A stretch of DNA of 64,000 nt. Source: Obrimoposthia wandeli. Taxonomy: Eukaryota. Of this stretch, positions 21,079 to 28,589 are shown one piece after another. The stretch is taken from the NCBI GenBank assembly GCA_977020255.1, contig CDROCS010000253.1, forward strand, positions 2,356,001 to 2,420,000. Direction: 5' to 3'. The notes under the pieces were generated by a model. The model saw only the letters and a list, made by a program, of their open reading frames with translations. It was not told the DNA's origin and searched no databases. Positions within the stretch are counted from its first letter, which is position 1. Each line of letters begins with the position of its first letter. The translations under genes and the position numbers were made by a program.

Positions 21079-21175
21079 GGCGACTGAATTCGCCCCTACG
21101 GATGGTGTATCGCAATAAGATGTAGCGCGGCTTTAGTCTTGTTGTTGTTGTTTTGTAGGGGCGACTTTAGTTGCC
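21079..21175. repeat. REP cluster right of the RAYT gene
   Basis: 21079-21099 reverse-complements to GTAGGGGCGAATTCAGTCGCC; degenerate gtagcgcggctttagtc at 21122-21138; GTAGGGGCGACTTTAGTTGCC at 21155-21175. Confidence 0.8.
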
Positions 21176-21220
21176 AAATAAACATCACACATTAATAATA
21201 AAATAAATTTATAAAAACAT

Positions 21221-21247
21221 TAAAGTAATTTTAATGGCTGCCGTTAC
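21221..21247 (+). promoter_or_regulatory. sigma28 promoter for flagellin 2
   Basis: TAAA-N15-GCCGTTAC. Confidence 0.75.
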
Positions 21248-21365
21248 TGTTAGTAGAACGGGTACTTAATGACACTTTCTCATCACGAAAAGCATCAAAT
21301 TGAGTTCCTGACTTATAAAAATTGTTTAACTAACGTATTACATATTGTAATCAGGAGTTTTAAAA

Positions 21366-22928
21366 ATGGCTATTTCAGTAAATACCAATGTTACCTCATT
21401 AAATGCACAACGTAACTTATCAAAATCAGGCGCGGCACTAAGCCAGTCGATGGAACGTTTATCATCGGGTATGCGAATCAACAGTGCAAAAGATGATGCC
21501 GCAGGTATGCAGATTGCTACACGTTTAACCTCGCAAATTAGTGGTTTAGGTGTTGCACAACGTAATGCCAACGACGGTATTTCAATGGCACAAACGGCAG
21601 AGGGTGCATTGCAATCTTCTACTGATATATTACAACGTATGCGTGACTTGTCTTTACAATCATCAAATGGTTCGAACTCAACGTCTGACCGTGAAGCACT
21701 GCAAAAAGAAGTTTCAGCATTACAATCAGAATTAACCCGTATTTCTGAAACGACTACGTTCGGTGGACAAAACCTATTAGATGGTAGTTATGGTACACAA
21801 CAGTTTCAAGTAGGCTCAGACAGTAATCAAACCATTGGCGTTACACTTAACTCAGCAGCAGCAGAAGATATTGGTTTAAGCGGTAAAGGTTTTGATATTG
21901 CTGCTATTGCAGGTTTTTCAAGCGCGAGTGAAACAGCAAAAACATTTGCAACGACAGATAAATTAAGCATTACCACGGGGGGTAAAACCAACGATCTTAC
22001 CTTGACAACAGGTATGAGTGCAGCAGATTTAGCAGGCCAGGTAAACAGTAGTGAAGGTGTTTTCGGAGTGAGCGCAACAACACAGGTTGCTCTTGGCTCG
22101 TTTGCAACTGATACAACGGGTGGCGATATTATAACATTAAATGTTTCGGGTGTTGAAGTCGTTGTACCTGCTTTGACCGCAGGCGACGATAATGACGCTA
22201 TTGTTGCTGATATTAATACTGCAGTGAATGGTAATACAGCCATCAAAGAAGCGCTAGCAGCGAAAGGTATTGTCGCAACAGTTGACCCAGATAGTGATTT
22301 AATGGTTTTTACCAATACTAATGGTGAGAATATTGATGTAACCATGAAGATAGCAGCTGGCGCTACAGATACCGGTGGTGCTAGTGCTGCTGGTACCGTC
22401 TCAGCTTACGATGGTGCAGCAGCACTTGCGGGTGGTACTGTAACGACTGCAGATGCAGATGTAACTGCCAACAATACTACAACAGTAACTGGTCGCTTAG
22501 ATTATACTAATGCAGTTTTGGATGTTGACAATGCAACATTAACCGTTACTGGCGCGGGAACGCTTAATGGGGCCACATCATCTTCAGCTGCTCTTGATAC
22601 AACAGTCAAATTATCATCTATTGCTAAGGTAGATATTTCTACTTCAGGTGGCTCTCAGTCAGCTATTGATGTTATTGATGCAGCATTACAACAAATTGGT
22701 AATGAGCGTGCCGAGTTAGGTGCAACACAAAACCGTTTTAGTCAAACTATTGGTAACTTGGCGAATATCCAAGAAAATGCTTCAGCATCACGTAGCCGTA
22801 TTCAAGATACTGACTATGCGACAGAAACAGCGCAAATGACCAAGAACCAAATATTGCAACAAGCCGGTACCTCAATTTTGGCGCAAGCTAACCAATTACC
22901 ACAAGCAGCATTAAGCTTAATTGGTTAA
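21366..22928 (+). CDS. fliC: Flagellin 2 (520 aa)
   Basis: Same conserved termini as flagellin 1; colinear with it at a constant 2604-nt offset. Confidence 0.97.
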   Translation: MAISVNTNVTSLNAQRNLSKSGAALSQSMERLSSGMRINSAKDDAAGMQIATRLTSQISGLGVAQRNANDGISMAQTAEGALQSSTDILQRMRDLSLQSSNGSNSTSDREALQKEVSALQSELTRISETTTFGGQNLLDGSYGTQQFQVGSDSNQTIGVTLNSAAAEDIGLSGKGFDIAAIAGFSSASETAKTFATTDKLSITTGGKTNDLTLTTGMSAADLAGQVNSSEGVFGVSATTQVALGSFATDTTGGDIITLNVSGVEVVVPALTAGDDNDAIVADINTAVNGNTAIKEALAAKGIVATVDPDSDLMVFTNTNGENIDVTMKIAAGATDTGGASAAGTVSAYDGAAALAGGTVTTADADVTANNTTTVTGRLDYTNAVLDVDNATLTVTGAGTLNGATSSSAALDTTVKLSSIAKVDISTSGGSQSAIDVIDAALQQIGNERAELGATQNRFSQTIGNLANIQENASASRSRIQDTDYATETAQMTKNQILQQAGTSILAQANQLPQAALSLIG

Positions 22929-22989
22929 TTTGATAGGCAATCCCAAGTAACAAGTCAGGTTAATTAACTGGCATTGTTAGAAAAATACG

Positions 22990-23021
22990 AGGAAGGTCTA
23001 TTTTATAGCACCTTCCTTTTT
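22990..23021 (+). terminator. Possible terminator/attenuator between flagellin 2 and flaG
   Basis: aggaaggt / accttcct stem followed by TTTT. Confidence 0.5.
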
Positions 23022-23076
23022 CCGTATTTATCTGTGATGTTTTAGTTTGAAGATTTAATTTGATGTTTAGGAGTTA

Positions 23077-23517
23077 ATGATGAGTACAATAAATACTTCA
23101 ACGGTTAATAGTTTGAATGTTAATACCAACGTTAATGTTGACTCGAACCGAGCAGATAATGTTGAAAAGCATTTTCAAGCCAATGATAGTGCTGCAACAA
23201 AAAGTCGTGCGACTGATATTGTAACTGAGAAAAAAACCGTTGAATCAATGGCTAAGATGGATAACTTAGAACAGCAGGATAAAGTGCTAATATCTTCAGA
23301 TCAGCTAGAGAAGGTGGCGCAAAAGTTGCAAGATTTTGTTGGTGAAATGAACAAGGGTTTAGAGTTTTCAGTAGATAAAGATTCTGGTCGAGACGTCATT
23401 AAAGTAATAGATAAAAAGAGTGGTGACTTGATAAAACAGTACCCCACAGAAGAAGTGTTAGACTTAGTCGCGAAGCTTTCTGAGGCAACAGGTAACTTTA
23501 TTAATACCGATGTATAG
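23077..23517 (+). CDS. flaG: FlaG family protein
   Basis: 'LEFSVDKDSGRDVIKVIDKKSGDLIKQYPTEEVL'. Confidence 0.93.
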   Translation: MMSTINTSTVNSLNVNTNVNVDSNRADNVEKHFQANDSAATKSRATDIVTEKKTVESMAKMDNLEQQDKVLISSDQLEKVAQKLQDFVGEMNKGLEFSVDKDSGRDVIKVIDKKSGDLIKQYPTEEVLDLVAKLSEATGNFINTDV

Positions 23518-23661
23518 ATATGAAGTTACAGATAGATAGTGTTTATCACACTGATAAGTAATTTTGATTGGTCGTTAATCTACTAGCTAAGGTACAATTG
23601 ACAGCAGTGGCTGATATAGCCAGACAAGTAGCGCTAACAAATAGATGAGATGTGGTGATTT

Positions 23662-25101
23662 ATGCCTAGTATTACATTCAATGGTTTAGGATCTGGTTTA
23701 CAAGTAGCCGACATAGTCGGCGCTATTGTAGGTGCTGAACAAGTGCCTTTCGAAACGAGACTTAATCGAAAAGAAGCGGCAATGACAACAGATATCTCTG
23801 CTGTCGGCGCATTGAAGTCAGCGCTACAAAAAGTGCAAGATTCCATGACTAATTTAGCCAATGCTGATAGGTATCAATTACGCGAAGCAAAGGGTAATGA
23901 TGATTTCATCTCTATGGCATCAAATAAAGACGCTGAAATAGGTAATTATTCGGTAAAAGTAGATCGGCTTGCTGAAAAGCATAAATTAGTTTCTGCAGGT
24001 ATCGACAGTGAAGAAGCTGTTGGTGAAGGTACGCTAACCATAAATTCAGGTGATAATAGTTTTGCGGTTGTGGCGTCAGACACGGCGACATTAGCGGATA
24101 TTCGTGATGCAATAAACGATAGTAGCGATAACGAATCAGTTATCGCAACCATTATAACCGATGATGACGGTCAGCATTTAGTGTTATCGAGCAAAGAAAC
24201 AGGGGTTGCCAATGCAATTACCGTGATTGCGGACGATGTAGGTGATCTAGGTGTAGATGGCTTTAATAACACCGATGCGGATGGTCTTTCACGTTTGGCC
24301 TATGATCCTGACCCTTCGTCGCCAACTCATTCGCTAAGTATGACAGAAGCGACACCAGCTGTTGATGCACAAATAACTATTGATGGTACTTTAATAGTCA
24401 CTAATAGTACCAATACTTTTACCAATGTAATTGACGGTGTTGATATAACAGCAAAGAAAACCCATGCAGTCGATGATGATTTAAGTAGCGTAACATTAAG
24501 TGAAAATAACGCTAATATTGAAGCGGGTCTTAATCAGTTTGTTAAAAATTATAATGAACTCTTAACGTTAAGCAAAACCTTAGGTCAAGCAGGTGAGGGT
24601 AAATCAGGCCCATTAGCGGGAGACTCTCTTTTACGTGGCGTTATGAGTAAATTACGTCAGCAAATAAGTACCCCCTTTGAAACCAGTGGTGGTGATAGTT
24701 TATCGCTTTCACAGCTAGGTGTTCGCAGTGATCGTTATGGTGTATTGTCGTTAGAAAAAAGTGACTTAAACGATTACATCGCACAAGACGTTGATGGTGT
24801 ACAAAACTTTTTTGTTGGCTCTGAAGATGTCCCCGGCTTTGCTGCATCAGTTGATACCTTAATGAAGTTTTATACCGACTCAGATGGCTTGATTCAAAGT
24901 CGCATTGATGGCAAAAAAAACCAATTAGAAAATTTAGATGATGATCGCCTTTCTTTTGGTCGAAAAATGGATGCTTTAGAAGCTCGTCTTTATAAACAAT
25001 ATAATGCGATGGACTTGTTAGTAGCTAACCTAAATGCTACCGGTAGTTATATTACCGCACAGTTGGATAATATGCCGGGTGTTGTTAGGAAAAGTAAGTA
25101 A
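23662..25101 (+). CDS. fliD: Filament cap protein FliD
   Basis: 'GLGSGLQVADIV', 'ISAVGALKSAL', 'LSQLGV', 'LEARLYKQYNAMD'. Confidence 0.95.
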   Translation: MPSITFNGLGSGLQVADIVGAIVGAEQVPFETRLNRKEAAMTTDISAVGALKSALQKVQDSMTNLANADRYQLREAKGNDDFISMASNKDAEIGNYSVKVDRLAEKHKLVSAGIDSEEAVGEGTLTINSGDNSFAVVASDTATLADIRDAINDSSDNESVIATIITDDDGQHLVLSSKETGVANAITVIADDVGDLGVDGFNNTDADGLSRLAYDPDPSSPTHSLSMTEATPAVDAQITIDGTLIVTNSTNTFTNVIDGVDITAKKTHAVDDDLSSVTLSENNANIEAGLNQFVKNYNELLTLSKTLGQAGEGKSGPLAGDSLLRGVMSKLRQQISTPFETSGGDSLSLSQLGVRSDRYGVLSLEKSDLNDYIAQDVDGVQNFFVGSEDVPGFAASVDTLMKFYTDSDGLIQSRIDGKKNQLENLDDDRLSFGRKMDALEARLYKQYNAMDLLVANLNATGSYITAQLDNMPGVVRKSK

Positions 25102-25233
25102 ACCCTAATGTACTTATACTAAAAGGTATTTAATTAATAATGCTTTATTTATGAGACCTTTAGGGGGATTTCTGCCTAGTAGCAATCTACCGAGTTTCCA
25201 TTTTCCTATAGAGATTAATTGCTTGGCTGTTAG

Positions 25234-25602
25234 TTAATATTTTTGATAGGACTTTGCGACTTTTTTACTCTTTTTAAGTTTTAATACTTGTTCAGCTATT
25301 TCTTGTTTACATATTGCAGACTTGGTCGTTAATTCACTATCAAGGATAAGCATTTCTTGTAGAAGAGCCTTATGTGAACTTACATCTTCAGTAGTGTGAT
25401 GTTCAAATAAGTGAGTTATTAATGTTTGTCTTGTGAACACTAAATCAGTTAGTTCTTTATTCGAGAGTAGATCTTCAGTGTTTTCTACAGGTGAATTTTT
25501 TTTGGTGGGCTGTATGCTAATTTGTACTGATAATATACGCGACAATAGCTGCCGCGATACATCGTTGATTTGCTCAATAGACTCTTTTGTGTCAAAAGTC
25601 AC
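25234..25602 (-). CDS. FliT-like flagellar chaperone
   Basis: 122 aa helical protein with FliT-like pattern 'LVFTRQTLITHLF...LLQEMLILDSEL...LKKSKKVAKSYQKY'; GTG start overlaps the fliS stop (TAGTG). Confidence 0.6.
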   Translation of the reverse strand: MTFDTKESIEQINDVSRQLLSRILSVQISIQPTKKNSPVENTEDLLSNKELTDLVFTRQTLITHLFEHHTTEDVSSHKALLQEMLILDSELTTKSAICKQEIAEQVLKLKKSKKVAKSYQKY

Positions 25603-26000
25603 TAAAAACTGACCTGACCTTGAGTCTCAAAAGGTATAGAGTCCCAACCCGCCTTTATTGGTAATAGAATTTGGATGACTTCTTCTAACTTATCAGCGTC
25701 ATTATTAGTACTAGCGACTAATAGCTGCTCTGAACAAAACTTATAAAGAGAAGCTAAATTTTGTGATACTTCACCGCCTTGTTTAAAATCAAGAGAGCCT
25801 TCTAAAACGCCAATAATAGCGATCGCATTAGATAGCTCAGTGCCTTTTTTTTCAAAGTTATTTTGTGAAATAGCGCCTTTAGCGGTAGCGATATTACCTA
25901 ATAACTTTTGAAATAGCATAGCAACTAACTGATAAGGCGAAGCTTGCTGAGCCATGCTCTTATTGGTTTGATGATATTTTTTAAGTGATGCATGTGTCAT
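25602..26000 (-). CDS. fliS: Flagellin export chaperone FliS
   Basis: 'ASPYQLVAMLF', 'LEGSLDFKQGGEVSQNLASLYKF', 'IKAGWDSI'; ATG 26000 follows SD AGGAGG. Confidence 0.93.
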   Translation of the reverse strand: MTHASLKKYHQTNKSMAQQASPYQLVAMLFQKLLGNIATAKGAISQNNFEKKGTELSNAIAIIGVLEGSLDFKQGGEVSQNLASLYKFCSEQLLVASTNNDADKLEEVIQILLPIKAGWDSIPFETQGQVSF

Positions 26001-26027
26001 AGACACCTCCTAGTTTACTATAATGTT

Positions 26028-26056
26028 ATTATAGAAAACTTGTAGAATTGAAACAA
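26028..26056 (-). promoter_or_regulatory. Possible sigma70-type promoter upstream of fliS
   Basis: Minus strand TTGTTT-N17-TATAAT; AT-rich background lowers confidence. Confidence 0.35.
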
Positions 26057-26097
26057 TAGCCTTAGGGCTTAACTAAGTTAAAATAAGTTAAACAAGC

Positions 26098-26382
26098 CTA
26101 AATTAAGGGGTGGTTATTTACGGTTACAGCAAGGCCTTCATTTTTTGCTTTTGTATAGGCTTGTTGTAATACGTTATGGGTTATATCTTCTTCATTGTTA
26201 ATAACGCCGTTGCTCAATACTTCAATATTATCCCAACCACGAGCGACTAAATATTCTTCAATTTGGCTAAGTTGCTGTTCGAAAGGCATTTCCCGTGAGA
26301 ACATATTAAATTCGTGACGTGTGCCTTTAGTGAGTTCTTCATTATCATGCATTAATTCAGCAGTACCGTTTATGATTAACAT
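26098..26382 (-). CDS. Hypothetical acidic protein (94 aa)
   Basis: ATG with SD-like gtagg; no signal peptide or transmembrane segment; lies between proteolytic flagellin and fliS; no family recognised. Confidence 0.75.
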   Translation of the reverse strand: MLIINGTAELMHDNEELTKGTRHEFNMFSREMPFEQQLSQIEEYLVARGWDNIEVLSNGVINNEEDITHNVLQQAYTKAKNEGLAVTVNNHPLI

Positions 26383-26434
26383 CTAATTTACCTACTTTTA
26401 TAAAATATGGTTATTAATACTCATAGATTGCACA

Positions 26435-26450
26435 TGCTTTTTTTGTGCCA
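26435..26450 (-). promoter_or_regulatory. Putative sigma54 promoter for the 94-aa ORF (-fliS-fliT)
   Basis: Minus strand TGGCACAAAAAAAGCA, GG-N10-GC, about 50 nt before the ATG. Confidence 0.5.
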
Positions 26451-26557
26451 ATATTATGTTCTTACGTTTTTTTTGTTTTATCTTTTTGATTTTTAATGTT
26501 TATGTTGATTGGTTTATATTTTCACTAATCAGGATTTAAAAGTTATAGGTAATAAAT

Positions 26558-26571
26558 ATCAACATTTTGAC
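26558..26571. promoter_or_regulatory. Putative FlrA/FleQ enhancer box
   Basis: Minus strand GTCAAAATGTTGAT (one mismatch to GTCA-N6-TGAC), about 108 bp upstream of the sigma54 site. Confidence 0.4.
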
Positions 26572-26578
26572 ACTAACA

Positions 26579-28345
26579 TTAACCTAATAATTTAAGTATA
26601 GACTCTGTTGCTATATTGCTCTGGGCAAGTAAAGATGTCGTTGCCTGTTGCTTTATTTGTAAGGAGGTAAGTTTTGCTGTTTCTGTGGCGTAATCTGTAT
26701 CTTGGATGCGAGAACGGCTGGCCGAAACATTTTCACTTATATTGCTTAAATTGGTGATGGTGTACTCTAATCTATTCATAAATGCCCCTAAACCAGAACG
26801 CTGCTGAACTAAATAATTTAGCGCTTCATCAATGCTGTTTATTGCAGATTGTGAATTTGTGACTAAGTTAATATTTTCTAATCCCATATTTTTGCTTGAA
26901 AAGCCTGCAAGTTCAAGATCTATTATTTGATTAGCATCAGCCCCCACTTGAAATGCTGTTTTTTTACCGCTTAACGTAAGGTCAGCACTATAATCTTGTA
27001 AAGCGACTTCATTAAATATGGTTGGATCCCAACCTACGTTTGAGGCAAAATCTGCTGGGCTTGCGTCATTATCACCACTAACAAAATAAGTATCAAAGTC
27101 TGCGGTGGTGCTTGATCTATTAGCACCTACAATGGTTTCGGCTTTACTGGGACCACCAGAGGCATCTAAACCACCAAAAGCACCATTATCAGCATTAGCC
27201 ATGTTAATATTTGCCGTAACGAAGTCTTGAAAAACACTACCCGTGTCCATTAATGCAGTTTCTAATGCCGCATTATTGGCAAAGGTTCCTTCTGCAGCAA
27301 GGGCATCGTCGAATGTTGCATTAGCAGAAAGGCTAGTCATAATTGCTTTTATGCCGGACTCTCCTATTTGATCTTCTAAATAACGCATGGCGATATATCC
27401 ACCGGAATAAACACCGGCTACCTCTATGCCATTGGTAAGTGGTGCATTATTATCATCAAAGATTGTTTTTAATTGGGCTTTAATAGCTAGAACACTATTT
27501 CCTGCTGATATATCATCAGCGACACGATCATCAGCACCACTTACTGCCTCAGCAGTTCCTTCAACAAACCAAGTAGGCACGGATGTTAAATCCATATTGT
27601 TCGCCATTACGGCATGGGTCATTTCGTGCAGTAAAGTAGATTTTAACCGAGCGGTTGTAGTGTCATCAAGTGTTGAAAAGTCATCTAAATCAATAGTCAT
27701 TACTAAATTAGTACCAGGATTCCCCGTACTTCCTAAGTATGAAACAGAGGCAAGTTTACCGCTAACACCATCAATATTCTCTAAATCTATTTTCATTTTT
27801 GAACCATCACCTGATAGCCCAAGCACACTTTGAATGATGTCTTCAGACTCGGCCAATACGCCACTTTGCAATATTTGAACAATGTTACGTTCAGCGTCAC
27901 TGCCACTATTAGAAGATACTTCATCTGTTTGTTCGAACAGTTGGTTACCACCAAACGTTGTGGTGCTATTAATACGATCTAATTCTGCTTTTAATTGCTC
28001 TGACTCTTTGTTGAGGGCTTCTCTGTCTACTTCAGATAATGCTCCATTACTTGCTTGGAGTGATAAATCTCGTATTCTAATTAAAATATCTGTTGACTGG
28101 GTTAAAGCCCCCTCTGCTGTTTGCGCCATTGAAATACCATCATTTGCATTACGCTGGGCGACAGCTAAGCCGTTAACTTGCGAGGTCAATCGATTCGATA
28201 TTTGTAAACCTGCGGCATCATCAGCGGCTGAGTTAATGCGCATACCAGATGACAGGCGAGAAAAAGTCACAGCTAACTTATTAGTGTTATCTGTTAGTTG
28301 TCGCTGTAAAAATAAGCTTGTCATGTTGGTATTTATTGTGTTCAC
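26579..28345 (-). CDS. Proteolytic flagellin (flagellinolysin-type): flagellin D0/D1 with an inserted zinc metallopeptidase domain
   Basis: Flagellin N-terminus '[17 protein letters not shown]' and C-terminus '[11 protein letters not shown]'; central 'TLLHEMTHAVM' (27614-27628) and 'WFVEGTAE' (EGTAE 27548-27562). Start re-placed at GTG 28345 (588 aa). Confidence 0.92.
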   Translation of the reverse strand: MNTINTNMTSLFLQRQLTDNTNKLAVTFSRLSSGMRINSAADDAAGLQISNRLTSQVNGLAVAQRNANDGISMAQTAEGALTQSTDILIRIRDLSLQASNGALSEVDREALNKESEQLKAELDRINSTTTFGGNQLFEQTDEVSSNSGSDAERNIVQILQSGVLAESEDIIQSVLGLSGDGSKMKIDLENIDGVSGKLASVSYLGSTGNPGTNLVMTIDLDDFSTLDDTTTARLKSTLLHEMTHAVMANNMDLTSVPTWFVEGTAEAVSGADDRVADDISAGNSVLAIKAQLKTIFDDNNAPLTNGIEVAGVYSGGYIAMRYLEDQIGESGIKAIMTSLSANATFDDALAAEGTFANNAALETALMDTGSVFQDFVTANINMANADNGAFGGLDASGGPSKAETIVGANRSSTTADFDTYFVSGDNDASPADFASNVGWDPTIFNEVALQDYSADLTLSGKKTAFQVGADANQIIDLELAGFSSKNMGLENINLVTNSQSAINSIDEALNYLVQQRSGLGAFMNRLEYTITNLSNISENVSASRSRIQDTDYATETAKLTSLQIKQQATTSLLAQSNIATESILKLLG

Positions 28346-28382
28346 GTAAATATTATCTTTAATAATTAAGTGTGATAGTAGT

Positions 28383-28409
28383 GTATCGGCATAGCGTATG
28401 AGATCTTTA
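28383..28409 (-). promoter_or_regulatory. sigma28 promoter for the proteolytic flagellin
   Basis: Minus strand TAAA-N15-GCCGATAC, 38 nt before GTG 28345. Confidence 0.8.
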
Positions 28410-28589
28410 GCGTAAATAGAATTTAAACTAAAGCTCTCATCTATTAGCTTAATTTTGATATATGACAATAAAATGACGAGTACGCGTCAAGTTTTTGTTG
28501 CTTAAAATCAATTAACGGCTAAAATTGCTTGAAACGCTATAAAACAATATTAAAAATAGCACGTTAGTATTAGCCGTGAAGAGTTAAGT

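Noticed and set aside
20424-21175. Short palindromic repeats with spacers as a possible CRISPR array
   Set aside because: Repeats are inverted relative to each other, irregularly spaced and carry GTAG feet next to a RAYT; no cas genes, so they are REPs
19223-22345. Two near-identical 172-aa minus-strand ORFs (19223-19741, 21827-22345)
   Set aside because: Antisense shadows of the duplicated flagellin sequence, not independent genes
23586-23617. TAAG...GCTGATAT upstream of fliD as a sigma28 promoter
   Set aside because: Spacer is 18 nt rather than about 15; not supportable
27426-28349. Plus-strand ORFs 27426-27833 and 27882-28349
   Set aside because: Antisense to the proteolytic flagellin, which has clear family motifs
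28346-28468. 41-aa N-terminal extension of the proteolytic flagellin
   Set aside because: Contains the sigma28 promoter and does not resemble a flagellin N-terminus; GTG 28345 is the better start
18567-28589. Flagellin glycosylation island (maf/pse-type genes)
   Set aside because: No glycosyltransferase or sugar-pathway ORFs are visible here; they may lie elsewhere in the genome
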